A DNA stretch of 64,000 nucleotides from Stagnimonas sp. (GTDB lineage: Bacteria > Pseudomonadota > Gammaproteobacteria > Nevskiales > Nevskiaceae): the NCBI GenBank assembly GCA_046598075.1, contig JBKJJE010000186.1, positions 3,402-67,401 of the forward strand, in the 5' to 3' direction. The position numbers and the translations under genes were made by a program. Positions 28,403-38,926 of this stretch are shown in pieces. Within the stretch, counting starts at the first letter, position 1; every line of letters starts with the position of its first letter. The notes beneath the pieces are model-generated. The model saw only the letters and a program-made list of their open reading frames with translations. It had not been told where the DNA came from and did no database searches.

Positions 28403-29623
28403 ATGTCCTTCAACACCGCACTCACCGGCCTCAATGCGGCGTCAGCCAACCTGAGCGTCACCGCCAACAATATCGCCAACGCCAACACCACCGGCTTCAA
28501 GGAATCGCGCAGCGAGTTTGCCGATTTCTTTCCCTCGGATGCCTACGGCCTGTCACGAAATGCCGTCGGTGCCGGCGTGCGCGTGGCGCGCGTGGCGCAG
28601 CAGTTCACCCAGGGCTCGATCAATGTCACCAACAACTCGCTGGACCTGGCGGTGAGCGGTAGCGGCTATTTCACTTTGCTCAAGGATGGCATCACCTCCT
28701 ACTCCCGCGCCGGCGCGTTCGGGGCGGACAGCAATGGCTACATCACCAATGCCACCGGTGCGCGGCTGCAGGCTTACCCGCCGGTGGCCGGCAGCCAGGC
28801 CTTCGATACCGCCACGCTGACGGACATCCGGCTGTCGACCTCCGACAACCCACCGAGAGCCAGTACCCGCATCGACGTCAACATCAATCTGCCTGCGACC
28901 GCCACCACGCCGACCACCACGCCGTTCTCCGCTGCTGATCCCAGCAGCTTCAACAACACCACGTCGGTGACGCTCTACGACTCGCTGGGCAGCGCCCATC
29001 CGGCCAACCTGTTTTTCGTCAAGTCGCCGACCGCCAACAACTGGGAGGTCTACACCCAGGTCGACGGCAATGCCGTCGGCGCGCCGACCGCTGTCAGCTT
29101 TGCCAGCGACGGCACGCTGGGCACGCCTGCGGGCGGCAATATCAGCCTCTCGGCCTACACGCCCGGCAATGGCTCGGCGCCGTTGAACCTGACGGTGGCA
29201 CTCGGCAGCAGCACCCAGTACGGCGACAGCTTTTCGGTCAACAGCCTGCTTGAGGATGGCTATGCCAGCGGCCGGCTCACCGGCATCGAGGTAACCCGCG
29301 AGGGCATCGTGCAGGCGCGCTTCACCAACGGCCAGTCCACCGGCTTGGGGCAGCTGGCGATGGCCAACTTTGCCAATCCGCAGGGCCTGCAGCAGCTGGG
29401 CGACACCAGCTGGGGCGAGACTTTTGCGTCCGGTGCCGTACTCCGCGGCGTCGGTGGCTCTGGCGGTCTCGGCGACATCCAGGCCGGAGCACTGGAAGGC
29501 AGCAATGTCGACATCACCGCGCAGCTGGTGAACATGATCACCGCCCAGCGCGCCTTCCAGGCCAACGCACAGGTGATCTCCACCACCGACCAGGTCACCC
29601 AGACCATCATCAACATCCGCTAG
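28403..29623 (+). CDS. flgE: Flagellar hook protein FlgE
   Basis: MSFNTALTGLNAA, ANNIANANTTGFK, GALEGSNVD...QRAFQANA. Confidence 0.96.
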   Translation: MSFNTALTGLNAASANLSVTANNIANANTTGFKESRSEFADFFPSDAYGLSRNAVGAGVRVARVAQQFTQGSINVTNNSLDLAVSGSGYFTLLKDGITSYSRAGAFGADSNGYITNATGARLQAYPPVAGSQAFDTATLTDIRLSTSDNPPRASTRIDVNINLPATATTPTTTPFSAADPSSFNNTTSVTLYDSLGSAHPANLFFVKSPTANNWEVYTQVDGNAVGAPTAVSFASDGTLGTPAGGNISLSAYTPGNGSAPLNLTVALGSSTQYGDSFSVNSLLEDGYASGRLTGIEVTREGIVQARFTNGQSTGLGQLAMANFANPQGLQQLGDTSWGETFASGAVLRGVGGSGGLGDIQAGALEGSNVDITAQLVNMITAQRAFQANAQVISTTDQVTQTIINIR

Positions 29624-29645
29624 GTACTGACCACCGGAGACCCTC

Positions 29646-30389
29646 ATGGATCGCGCCCTCTACATCGGCATGACCGGGGCCATCCAGACCCTGCGGCAGC
29701 AGGCGGCGAACAGCCACAACCTGGCCAATGCCAGCACCATCGGCTTCCGCGCCGAACTGGCGGCGAGTCAGGCGCTGGCGGTCGCCGGGCCAGGCTACGC
29801 CAGCCGCGTCAATGCGCAGCTGCAGGATGGCGGCTGGGATGCCAGCGCCGGCACCATCCAGCAGACCGGCGGCGCGCTGGATATCGCCTTGCGCCAGGAT
29901 CACTGGCTGGCCGTGCAGGGGCCCGACGGGCAGGAGGCCTATACCCGCGCCGGTGACTTGCAGCTGGACACTAGCGGCCAGCTGCGTACCGCCTCGGGGC
30001 TTGCGGTGCTGGGTGACTCCGGGCCGGTTTCGGTACCGCCGAGCACCTCGGTGAGCATCGGCAGCGATGGCTCGATTTCCGCCGTGCCGCAGGGCCAGGC
30101 CGCCAGCGCGCAGGTGCTGCTGGGACGCCTGAAAGTGGTCACCGCAAGCCACGCACAATTGTCTCGGGGGGCTGATGGCCTCATGCATCCAACCCCCGGT
30201 GCGCCTGCTGCTGAAGCCGCTGCTGGCGACGTGCTGGTGAGTGGCGCGCTGGAGAGCTCCAACGTCAATCTGGCCGGCGCCATGGTCAACATGATCCAGC
30301 TGGCGCGGCAGTTCGAGTTGCAGGTGAAGCTGATGAAGTCGGCCGAAGACAACGCCGCCGCGGCCAGCAGCCTGGTGCGCATGAGCTAG
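29646..30389 (+). CDS. flgF: Flagellar basal-body rod protein FlgF
   Basis: MDRALYIGMTGA, HNLANASTIGFR, GALESSNVN. Confidence 0.95.
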   Translation: MDRALYIGMTGAIQTLRQQAANSHNLANASTIGFRAELAASQALAVAGPGYASRVNAQLQDGGWDASAGTIQQTGGALDIALRQDHWLAVQGPDGQEAYTRAGDLQLDTSGQLRTASGLAVLGDSGPVSVPPSTSVSIGSDGSISAVPQGQAASAQVLLGRLKVVTASHAQLSRGADGLMHPTPGAPAAEAAAGDVLVSGALESSNVNLAGAMVNMIQLARQFELQVKLMKSAEDNAAAASSLVRMS

Positions 30390-30441
30390 CCGCTGGTTTT
30401 TCTCGGCGACGGAAAAACATCATTCGCGGGGCTGGCTTGCA

Positions 30442-30461
30442 GGCGACGCATTTCCGTCGCC
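30442..30461. promoter_or_regulatory. Palindromic 20-mer, putative enhancer (FleQ-type) site, copy 1
   Basis: GGCGACG-CATTTC-CGTCGCC, identical to 51635-51654. It lies upstream of a sigma54 motif. Confidence 0.55.
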
Positions 30462-30480
30462 CCCGCATCCCCGACAAGGC

Positions 30481-30496
30481 TGGAACGCAAGTTGTA
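30481..30496 (+). promoter_or_regulatory. sigma54-type promoter for the flgG operon (variant)
   Basis: TGGAAC-GCAAG-TTGTA. Confidence 0.6.
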
Positions 30497-30545
30497 GAGA
30501 CCCCTGCACGCAGGCTGCCATCGCGGCCTGCCCACAGGAGGCTTT

Positions 30546-31331
30546 ATGAACTCTGCACTCTGGGTTGCCAAGACCGGACTCGATGCGCAACAGACCCGCA
30601 TGGCGGTGGTCGCCAACAACCTCGCCAACGTCAACACCACGGCATTCAAGAAAGGCCGTGCGGCTTTTCAGGATCTGCTCTACCAGAACCTCCACCAGCC
30701 CGGCGCGCAGACCTCGCAGCAGACGCAGTCGCCGACCGGCCTGATGCTGGGCACTGGCGTGCGGGTGCTGGCGACCGACAAGCAGTTCGCCCAGGGCAAT
30801 CTGCAGCAGACCAACAACTCCCTCGATCTCGCCATCAATGGCCGCGGATTTTTTCAGGTGCTGCAGCCGGACGGCAGCACCGCCTACAGCCGCGACGGCA
30901 GTTTCCAGGTCAATAGCCAGGGCGAACTGGTGACCTCCTCGGGCCAGGCCGTGCAGCCGGGCATCAGCATTCCGCAGAACGCGCTGTCGGTGACCATCGG
31001 CAGCGATGGCACGGTGTCGGTACTGACACCCGGCCAGGCCGCACCGCAGCAGGTCGGTTCGCTCACCCTGGCGGATTTTCTCAACCCCGCGGGCCTGCAG
31101 GCCAAGGGCGACAACCTGTATCTGGAAACCGCCGCCAGCGGCGCGCCACAGACCGGCACGCCGGGCCTGAATGGAACCGGCAGCCTGCAGCAGGGCGCGC
31201 TCGAAGCCAGCAACGTCAACGTGGTGGAAGAGATGGTGAACATGATCGAGACCCAGCGCGCCTACGAGATGAACTCCAAGGCGATCGCGACGTCCGACCA
31301 GATGCTGCAATACCTGTCGCAGACACTCTGA
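30546..31331 (+). CDS. flgG: Flagellar basal-body rod protein FlgG
   Basis: [47 protein letters not shown]. Confidence 0.97.
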   Translation: MNSALWVAKTGLDAQQTRMAVVANNLANVNTTAFKKGRAAFQDLLYQNLHQPGAQTSQQTQSPTGLMLGTGVRVLATDKQFAQGNLQQTNNSLDLAINGRGFFQVLQPDGSTAYSRDGSFQVNSQGELVTSSGQAVQPGISIPQNALSVTIGSDGTVSVLTPGQAAPQQVGSLTLADFLNPAGLQAKGDNLYLETAASGAPQTGTPGLNGTGSLQQGALEASNVNVVEEMVNMIETQRAYEMNSKAIATSDQMLQYLSQTL

Positions 31332-31987
31332 TGCGCACGCTGCCGCTGCTGCTGATGGCGGTCGTGCTGACCGCCTGCGGCAGCCTGTCGCCGCGCTTAA
31401 GCCTGGACGAGCCTGCACCGCCGCTGCCGCCGATGCCGCTGCCGGCAGGGCAGCCCACCACCGGCGCGATCTACAACGAAGGCACCTCGCTGGCGCTGTT
31501 CGAGGACGCCAAGGCGCGCCACGTCGGCGATCTCATCACCATCCTGCTGGTCGAGAACACCGCCGCGCAGAAGAAGGCCGCCACCAGCAGCAGCAAGACC
31601 AGCAGCGCCGACATATCGGATGTCACCCTGCTCGGGCAATCGCTGGGGCTGGCGACCGGCGCCGCCGGCAAACGCAGCTTCGGCGGTGCCGGCGACTCGA
31701 CCCAGAGCAACAAGCTGGAGGGCAGCGTCACCGCGACGGTGATTGCACGCCTGCCGAATGGTGTTCTGCAGATTCGCGGCGAAAAGCAGATCGAGCTCAA
31801 CCAGGGCTCCGAGGTGGTGCGCATCGAAGGTCTGGTACGGCCCATCGACATCGCCAGCAACAACACCGTGGCGTCCGATCGCATCGGCAATGCCCGGCTC
31901 ACCTACAAGGGACGCGGCGCGCTGGCCGATGCCAATTCGGCAGGCTGGCTGACCCGCTTCTTCAGCTCGCCATGGTTTCCGTTCTGA
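31331..31987 (+). CDS. flgH: Flagellar L-ring lipoprotein FlgH
   Basis: Lipobox [32 protein letters not shown]. Confidence 0.95.
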   Translation: MRTLPLLLMAVVLTACGSLSPRLSLDEPAPPLPPMPLPAGQPTTGAIYNEGTSLALFEDAKARHVGDLITILLVENTAAQKKAATSSSKTSSADISDVTLLGQSLGLATGAAGKRSFGGAGDSTQSNKLEGSVTATVIARLPNGVLQIRGEKQIELNQGSEVVRIEGLVRPIDIASNNTVASDRIGNARLTYKGRGALADANSAGWLTRFFSSPWFPF

Positions 31988-32001
31988 AGGGGCCTGCCGC
32001 C

Positions 32002-33135
32002 ATGAAAACCGTTGCCGGGAAACTGTCGCCGATGCCGCTGGGCGGTTGCCTGATCGCGTTGCTGCTGGTGTTGGTCACCGGCACTGCGCGTGCCGAACGG
32101 GTCAAGGATCTGGCCGACGTCGCCGGCGTTCGCGGCAATGCGCTGGTCGGTTACGGACTGGTGGTCGGTCTCGACGGCAGCGGCGATCAGACCAGCCAGG
32201 CGCCGTTCACCGCGCAGAGTCTGAAAGCCATGCTGACCCAGCTCGGCATCGCGATTCCCGCCAACGTCAATCCGCAGCTGAAGAACGTCGCCGCGGTGGC
32301 CATCCAGGCGCAACTGCCGGCGTTCGCCAAGCCCGGCCAGGCCATCGATGTCACCGTACTCTCGCTCGGCAACGCCGGCAGCTTGCGCGGCGGCAGCCTG
32401 CTGATGGCACCGCTGAAGGGCATCGACGGACAGGTGTATGCCATCGCCCAGGGCAATGTCGTGGTGGGTGGCCTGGGCATTTCCGGCAAGGACGGCTCGC
32501 GCGTCGCGATCAACGTGCCGAGTGCCGGCCGGGTACCGGGCGGCGCCACCGTCGAGCGCGCGGTGCCGAGCAGCATCACCAGCAACGGCAACGTCAGCCT
32601 CAATCTGCGCACACCGGATTTCACCACCGCCAGCCGTCTCGCGGCTGGCATCAATCGGTCTCTGGGGGGCGAGCTGGCCATCGCGGTCGATGCGGTGACG
32701 GTCTCGGTGCAGGCACCGCTGGAGGCTTCCCGACAGGTCGCGTTTCTATCCCTGCTGGAAAATCTCGAAGTCGAGCCAGGCGATGCGCCGGCCCGGGTGA
32801 TCATCAACTCGCGCACCGGCACGGTGGTCATCAGCAGCCAGGTGCGGGTGTTGCCGGCGGCGGTGTCGCATGGCTCGCTGTCGGTCACCATCCGCGAGCG
32901 GCCACAGGTGAGCCAGCCCGCACCGTTTTCGGACGGCCAGACCGCGGTGGTGGCGCGCAGTGATATCGAAGTCAGCCAGCAGGGCGGCACAGCCTTCGTG
33001 TTCGGCCCCGGTACCGATCTCGACGACATCGTCCGCGCTGTGAACGCGGTGGGTGCCGCGCCGGGCGATCTGGTGTCGATACTCGAGGCGCTCAAGCAGG
33101 CCGGTGCGCTGCGCGCCGAGCTGGTGGTGATCTGA
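32002..33135 (+). CDS. flgI: Flagellar P-ring protein FlgI
   Basis: [45 protein letters not shown]. Start uncertain (32002 or 32032). Confidence 0.96.
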   Translation: MKTVAGKLSPMPLGGCLIALLLVLVTGTARAERVKDLADVAGVRGNALVGYGLVVGLDGSGDQTSQAPFTAQSLKAMLTQLGIAIPANVNPQLKNVAAVAIQAQLPAFAKPGQAIDVTVLSLGNAGSLRGGSLLMAPLKGIDGQVYAIAQGNVVVGGLGISGKDGSRVAINVPSAGRVPGGATVERAVPSSITSNGNVSLNLRTPDFTTASRLAAGINRSLGGELAIAVDAVTVSVQAPLEASRQVAFLSLLENLEVEPGDAPARVIINSRTGTVVISSQVRVLPAAVSHGSLSVTIRERPQVSQPAPFSDGQTAVVARSDIEVSQQGGTAFVFGPGTDLDDIVRAVNAVGAAPGDLVSILEALKQAGALRAELVVI

Positions 33136-34007
33136 TGCGCGAGGCCCCTGCCACTGCAGCGGCCACCGACTTCGGCCAGTTCGCCAGGCTGCGCGCCGGT
33201 GCCCGGGCGGATGACCCCAAAGTGCTGCGCGAGGCGGCCCGGCAGTTCGAGAGCCTGTTCGCGCAGCAGCTGCTCAAGGCCTCCCGCAGCAGTGCCGGTG
33301 GCAACGATCTGCTCGGCGGCGCTGAGGGCGATGTCTATCGCGACCTCTACGACCAGCAGATGGCGCTGCATCTGGCCAGCGGCCGCGGCCTGGGTATCGC
33401 CGAGATGATCGTGCGGCAGTTGCAAGCCGCCGATGCGCCGGCTGTCGCACCAGCAGCTCTCAGGCCGGCCGAGGTCGCCTTGGCGCCTGTGCGCAGGCCA
33501 GATGCCGGCACGGCCAGCCCGGTCAGCGGCGCAGATCAGGCCCAGGCGTTTGGCGACAGCCTGCGTCCCCATGCCGAGCAGGCGGCCCGCGCGCTGGGAG
33601 TTCCAGCCGAGGTGCTGATCGCGCAGGCGGCGCTGGAAACCGGCTGGGGCCGGCACCCGATCACCACCGCCGACGGCCGCCAGAGCCACAACTATTTCGG
33701 CATCAAGGCCGACAGCCGCTGGCAGGGCGCGCGGGTGGAAAAGACCACCCATGAAGTGCGCAACGGCGTGTCGCATACCGAGACCGCCCAGTTCCGCTGC
33801 TACGGATCGGCCGCTGAAGGTTTTGCCGACTACCTGCAGTTCGTGCGCGGCAATCCGCGCTATGCCGAGGCGCTGCGCCACGGCGGCAGCGGCAGCCGCT
33901 ACCTGGAGGGCCTGCAGAAAGCCGGCTACGCCACCGACCCGGCCTATGCCGAAAAGATCAACCGCATTGCCGGTAGCCGCCATCTGCGCGCGGCGCTGGC
34001 GGTCTGA
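33135..34007 (+). CDS. flgJ: Flagellar rod assembly protein/muramidase FlgJ
   Basis: AARQFESLF...YDQQMA, AQAALETGWG, NYFGIKA, AGYATDPAYAEK. Confidence 0.94.
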   Translation: MREAPATAAATDFGQFARLRAGARADDPKVLREAARQFESLFAQQLLKASRSSAGGNDLLGGAEGDVYRDLYDQQMALHLASGRGLGIAEMIVRQLQAADAPAVAPAALRPAEVALAPVRRPDAGTASPVSGADQAQAFGDSLRPHAEQAARALGVPAEVLIAQAALETGWGRHPITTADGRQSHNYFGIKADSRWQGARVEKTTHEVRNGVSHTETAQFRCYGSAAEGFADYLQFVRGNPRYAEALRHGGSGSRYLEGLQKAGYATDPAYAEKINRIAGSRHLRAALAV

Positions 34008-34016
34008 GGATTCGCC

Positions 34017-35909
34017 ATGGCAGACATTCTCAACATCGGCAGCTCGGCGCTGCTCGCCAGCCGCACCGCGCTGGATGTCGCCGGCCACAACATCGCCAAC
34101 GCCAATACTCCCGGCTACAGCCGTCAGCGAGTGGAGCTGGCCGCCAGACTGGCCGGCGTCAGTGCCATCGGCTTTGCCGGCAGCGGCGTGCAGATCAACT
34201 CCGTGCAGCGGCTGGATGATCGCTTCCTGTTCGCGCGGGAAATCAGTGGCACCGCCTCGCTGAGCCGGATCGAGACTTTTCACGCCATTGCCGCCAGTAC
34301 CGACACGCTGCTGTCGGACCGCAGCACCGGTCTGAGCGGCACGCTCACCGGCTTTTTCGACAGCCTAGCCAGCCTGGCCGCCAACCCGGCCTCCAGCGCC
34401 ACGCGGCAGGCGGTGCTGTCGGCGGCGGATACGCTGGCGGGCCGCTTCCGGGATCTGCAGCAAGGCCTCAACGCCAGCGAGCAGGCGATCAACGACCAGC
34501 TGAGCCAGACGGTGTCGGAGGTCAACGGCTATGGCGAGGCCATCGCCCAGCTCAACCGCCGTATCGCCGAGACGCTCGGCAGCTCGCGCGGGCAGCCGCC
34601 CAACGATCTGCTCGACCAGCGCGAGCAGTTGCTGCGCCAGCTGGCTGAAAAAGTCAGCGTCACTAGCGTGCCGCAGGACGATGGCTCGCTGAATGTGTTC
34701 GTCGCCAACGGCCAGTCGCTGGTGGTGGGCAGCCAGGCCAGCAGCCTGGCTACCGCCCGCAACGAGTTCAATCCGCAGCGGCTGGAGATCACCTCCGCGG
34801 CGTCCGCCGGCGGTGCCGTGATCAGCCGCCAGCTGGGTGGCGGCAAGCTGGGCGGCCTGCTCGATGCGCGCCGCGAGCTGCTCGACCCGGCGCGCGAAAA
34901 ACTGGGCCGGCTGGCCATCGCCATCAGCGAGGCGGTCAATGCCCAGCAGGCGCAGGGAGTGGATCAGGCCGGCAACTTTGGTGCCCCGCTGTTCGCGTCG
35001 CTGGCTGGGGCCGCCAGCGCCTCGGTCAACAACGCCGGCAGTGCGGCGGTCAGTGTCGGATTCGCCGACAGCCGGCAGCTAAAGGGGCGGCAATATCTGC
35101 TCGGCTTCGATGGCAGCAGCTGGTCGCTGAAGGATTCGCAGAGCGGGGCGGCTATCGCGTTCACCGGCACCGGCACGGCTGCCGACCCTCTCTTGGCGGA
35201 GGGCCTGAGCCTGACCTTGAGCGGCACGGCCGCCGCAGGTGATCGCTTCTCGATACAACCCGGCCTGGGTGCCGCCGGGCAGCTGCGGGTCGCGCTCGAC
35301 GAGGCTAGCGGACTGGCTGCGGCCGCGCCCATCCGGGCCGCCGCCGTATTGGGCAACCAGGGCAGCGGCAGCGTCAGCAGCGGCGAAGTGCTGGACGTCG
35401 CCAACCCCGGTCTGCGCACGCCGGTCCGCATCGAGTTCACCAGTGCCAGCAGCTACCGCATCAACGGCAGCGGCAGCTATGCCTACAGCGCCGGCAGCGC
35501 CATCAGCGTCAACGGCTGGTCGGTGAACATCAGCGGGGTGCCGGCAACCGGCGACGGCTTCGACATCACGCCTACTGCCGCCAACAGCGGCGATGCCCGC
35601 AACGCCCAGCGATTGACCGGCCTGGTCAATCAGGCGCTGCTCGACGGTGGCTTTAACAGCATCACCGGCGCCCACGCGCAGCTGGTCGCGCAGGTCGGCG
35701 CACAGACCCAGCAGGCGGCCGTCCGGCTCGATTCGCAGACGGCAATCAGCCAGCAGACCGGGCAGGCGCGCGAGGCGCTGTCGGGCGTGAGTCTCGATGA
35801 AGAGGCGGCCGATCTGCTGCGCTACCAGCAGGCGTACCAGGCCGCCGCACAGGTCATTGCCACTGCCAGCACGGTATTCGACACCCTGCTGGGCGCGATC
35901 CGGAGATAA
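34017..35909 (+). CDS. flgK: Hook-associated protein FlgK
   Basis: GHNIANANTPGYSRQRV, NDLLDQR, SGVSLDEEAADLLRYQQAYQAAA. Confidence 0.96.
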   Translation: MADILNIGSSALLASRTALDVAGHNIANANTPGYSRQRVELAARLAGVSAIGFAGSGVQINSVQRLDDRFLFAREISGTASLSRIETFHAIAASTDTLLSDRSTGLSGTLTGFFDSLASLAANPASSATRQAVLSAADTLAGRFRDLQQGLNASEQAINDQLSQTVSEVNGYGEAIAQLNRRIAETLGSSRGQPPNDLLDQREQLLRQLAEKVSVTSVPQDDGSLNVFVANGQSLVVGSQASSLATARNEFNPQRLEITSAASAGGAVISRQLGGGKLGGLLDARRELLDPAREKLGRLAIAISEAVNAQQAQGVDQAGNFGAPLFASLAGAASASVNNAGSAAVSVGFADSRQLKGRQYLLGFDGSSWSLKDSQSGAAIAFTGTGTAADPLLAEGLSLTLSGTAAAGDRFSIQPGLGAAGQLRVALDEASGLAAAAPIRAAAVLGNQGSGSVSSGEVLDVANPGLRTPVRIEFTSASSYRINGSGSYAYSAGSAISVNGWSVNISGVPATGDGFDITPTAANSGDARNAQRLTGLVNQALLDGGFNSITGAHAQLVAQVGAQTQQAAVRLDSQTAISQQTGQAREALSGVSLDEEAADLLRYQQAYQAAAQVIATASTVFDTLLGAIRR

Positions 35910-35911
35910 CC

Positions 35912-37108
35912 ATGCGCGTCGCCACCGCCAGCTTCTACCAGCAGAGCATTGCTGCCATGCAGCGCCAGCAATCGCAGTTGCTGGGCACCCAGAACCAGCT
36001 GGCCACCGGCCAGCGAGCGGTGACCGCAGCGGAGGATCCGCTCGGCGTCGCGCATGGCCTGTCGCTGGACCAGACGCTTGCCTCCGCGCAGCGTTACAGC
36101 AGCAATACCCAGCTCGCCAGCGAACGCCTGGGGCTGGAAGAAAACGCGCTCGCCAGCGTCAACGACACCCTCAACCAGGTTCGCGAACGGGTACTGCAGG
36201 CCGGCAACTCGACACTCAGCGATGCCGACCGCAAAACCATCGCCGCCGAGCTGCGGCAGTCGCTGGCCCAACTGGTCAGCACTGCCAATGCGCTCGATGG
36301 CGAGGGCCGCTATCTGTTCGCGGGTGCTGCCGATGCCGCCGCGCCGTTCTCCCTCACCCAGGGCGGCACCGTCTACAACGGTGACGACGTCGCGCACAGC
36401 CTGGAGATCAGCCCGGATCGCCTGCTGGCCACCAGCGATGCCGGCAGCGAGGTGTTCATGCGCATCGCCTCCGGCAATGGCCGCTTCAGTGTTTCGGCAT
36501 CAGCCGGCAATGCCGGTACCGCGGCCATTGCCAACGCCGCACTCGCCGACCCGGCGGCCTACGACGGCGGCAGCTACCGCATCGACTTCGCGGGCGGCAA
36601 TTTCGCGGTCAGCGATGGCAGCGGCAACCGCATCGCCAGCGGTGCCTATAGCGCCGGGCAGAGCATCCGTTTTCGCGGGCTGGACCTGCGGCTGGAAGGC
36701 AGCCCTGTGGATGGCGACAGCCTCGGCGTCGCAGCCAGCCGGCAGCAGGATGTATTCGAGACCGTGCGCCGGATGGCAACGCTGCTGGAAACCCCGCTGC
36801 AGGGTTCCGCCAGTGCGCGTGCCAAGGCCCAGACGGCCCTTTATGAGGGCTTAAGCACCTTGACCACCGCGCAGGATCACATCCTCGATGTACGCGCGCA
36901 GCTGGGCTCGCGCCTGCAGGCGGCGGCGGTGGCCCATGAGCAGCAGGGCGCACGGGCGGTGAGCATCGAAACCGCGCTGTCCGGCCTGCGCGACATCGAC
37001 TACGCCGAGGCTACCGGCCGGCTCAGCCAGCAGCTGCTGGGCCTGCAGGCGGCACAGCAGTCGTTTCTGAAAATTCAGGGTTTGAGCTTGTTCAACTACC
37101 TGCGGTGA
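35912..37108 (+). CDS. flgL: Hook-associated protein FlgL
   Basis: NQLATGQR, GRYLFAG, DIDYAEA...GLSLFNYLR. Confidence 0.94.
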   Translation: MRVATASFYQQSIAAMQRQQSQLLGTQNQLATGQRAVTAAEDPLGVAHGLSLDQTLASAQRYSSNTQLASERLGLEENALASVNDTLNQVRERVLQAGNSTLSDADRKTIAAELRQSLAQLVSTANALDGEGRYLFAGAADAAAPFSLTQGGTVYNGDDVAHSLEISPDRLLATSDAGSEVFMRIASGNGRFSVSASAGNAGTAAIANAALADPAAYDGGSYRIDFAGGNFAVSDGSGNRIASGAYSAGQSIRFRGLDLRLEGSPVDGDSLGVAASRQQDVFETVRRMATLLETPLQGSASARAKAQTALYEGLSTLTTAQDHILDVRAQLGSRLQAAAVAHEQQGARAVSIETALSGLRDIDYAEATGRLSQQLLGLQAAQQSFLKIQGLSLFNYLR

Positions 37109-37292
37109 CCGTTGTTCCGGCGCGCTGCTCCGCTCGTCTGCAGCTGCCGGAAAAAGGTCAGATTTCACCGCTTTCGACCGTTAAGTCCTGCAGCAGAGGT
37201 AGCGGTCTTCACAAGCAGCACAGAGGCGAGCGAACCGAAGCATCCTCGACTGGCATGAGCCTGGCGAGACCCACTTTTCAAGGAGAGTCATC

Positions 37293-38447
37293 ATGTCCTC
37301 AGTCATCAATACCAACGTGGCGTCTCTGAACGCGCAGCGCAATCTGTCCGCGTCGCAGGGTAGCCTCAACACCTCATTGCAGCGCCTGTCATCGGGCCTG
37401 CGCATCAACAGCGCCAAGGACGATGCCGCCGGCCTGGCCATCGCCGACCGCTTCACCTCGCAGATCCGCGGCCTGGATGTCGCCTCGCGCAATGCCAACG
37501 ACGGCATCTCGCTGGCACAGACCGCAGAAGGCGCGCTGGGTGAAGTCAACAGCAACCTGCAGCGTGTCCGCGAACTGGCCGTGCAGGCCGCCAACGCCAC
37601 CAATAGCAGCAGCGACCGTGCTGCCCTGGGTGCCGAAGCGACGGCGCTGCTGTCGGAAGTCAATCGGGTTGCCGATCAGACCAAGTTCAACGGCGTGTCG
37701 CTGCTCGACGGCAGCTTTGCCTCCGCAGTGTTCCAGGTCGGTGCCAACGCCGGCGAGACCATCACGGTGTCATCGCTGGTCGATGCCAACACCGCGGCAC
37801 TCGGCTCGGTCACTTCCGCCAGCGGCCAGTCCAGCGCCATCACCACCATCAGCTCCCTCACTGCACCGGCCGCTGGCACCCTGGTGATCAACGGCACCGA
37901 CGTCAGCAACGACATCGGCGCGGCAGGCACCACCCAGGAGCGGGTCGGCAAGGTGGTCGACGCCATCAACAAGTATTCGACCACCACCGGCGTCAACGCG
38001 GCTTTCGACAGCGCCAGCAACCGCATCGTGCTCAGTTCCGAGGCGACCATCGCGGTGACCGGCTCTGATGACGGCACGGCAACCGGCTTCGATGTCTCTG
38101 CCGGCGACGGCAGCGGCACGGCGTCGACCACCACCGGCCTGACCGGTCTCGATCTCAGCAGCTACGCAGGCGCATCGCTGGCCATCAAGCAGATCGACAG
38201 CGCGCTCGGCCAGGTCAACACCGCCCGCGCAACGCTGGGTGCGATCCAGAACCGCTTCAGCTCGGTGGTTGCCAACATCGCCAGCACCAGCGAGAACCTC
38301 TCGGCCTCGCGCAGCCGCATCCAGGATGCCGACTTTGCCAAGGAAACTGCCAACCTCACGCGCGGCCAGATCCTGCAGCAGGCCGGCACGGCGATCCTGG
38401 CGCAGGCCAACTCGGCACCGCAGAGCGTCCTGAGTCTGCTGCGGTAA
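37293..38447 (+). CDS. fliC: Flagellin
   Basis: VINTNVASLNAQRNL, RLSSGLRINSAKDDAAGLAI, SRIQDADFAKE...AILAQAN. Confidence 0.98.
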   Translation: MSSVINTNVASLNAQRNLSASQGSLNTSLQRLSSGLRINSAKDDAAGLAIADRFTSQIRGLDVASRNANDGISLAQTAEGALGEVNSNLQRVRELAVQAANATNSSSDRAALGAEATALLSEVNRVADQTKFNGVSLLDGSFASAVFQVGANAGETITVSSLVDANTAALGSVTSASGQSSAITTISSLTAPAAGTLVINGTDVSNDIGAAGTTQERVGKVVDAINKYSTTTGVNAAFDSASNRIVLSSEATIAVTGSDDGTATGFDVSAGDGSGTASTTTGLTGLDLSSYAGASLAIKQIDSALGQVNTARATLGAIQNRFSSVVANIASTSENLSASRSRIQDADFAKETANLTRGQILQQAGTAILAQANSAPQSVLSLLR

Positions 38448-38461
38448 ATCGCGACAAGGTG

Positions 38462-38501
38462 GCAGGGCGGGTATCCAGGCAAGCCTGAGATCCCGCCCTG
38501 C
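38462..38501 (+). terminator. Hairpin downstream of fliC
   Basis: GCAGGGCGGG...CAGGC-AA-GCCTG...CCCGCCCTGC. There is no U-tract, so it may be a stabilising or attenuating structure. Confidence 0.45.
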
Positions 38502-38527
38502 TGCTGATTCACCGGGAGGTGCTGTCC

Positions 38528-38890
38528 ATGTCCTCTACCACGGTTACACCCGTCATCACGGTCCCGGCATGCCCTGCCGCGGACCGTATTGGCGTTGCTG
38601 CGGCGGCAGAGTCGCCGGCGCGGCTCAAACCACAAGCCGCGGTTGCAAAGCCCGAAGTCGCTCAGCGCGAAGAGCCACAGACGGCCCTGCAGCAACTGGC
38701 CGCCGAATACACCAGCAGCAGCACCGATCTGCGGTTTTCGGTGGATGCAGTCACTGGCCAGACCATCGTTGCAGTGGTCAGCCGGGAAGACGGCACGCTG
38801 CTGCGACAGATGCCCAGCGAAGTGGCGCTGCGGGTCGCCCAGGCGCTGGCCGCGCCGCTGCGCGGCAAGCTGATCGATGGCGCCGCCTGA
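38528..38890 (+). CDS. flaG: FlaG-family flagellar protein
   Basis: LRFSVDAVTGQTIVAVVSREDGTLLRQMPSEVAL. It lies between fliC and fliD. Confidence 0.85.
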   Translation: MSSTTVTPVITVPACPAADRIGVAAAAESPARLKPQAAVAKPEVAQREEPQTALQQLAAEYTSSSTDLRFSVDAVTGQTIVAVVSREDGTLLRQMPSEVALRVAQALAAPLRGKLIDGAA

Positions 38891-38926
38891 GCACTTGCCG
38901 CCAACCAATCCAACAGAGAAACCGCC

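Noticed and set aside
37181-37210. sigma28 promoter upstream of fliC
   Set aside because: One is expected biologically, but TAAG is not followed at 15 bp by a convincing GCCGATAA-like box, so it is not called.
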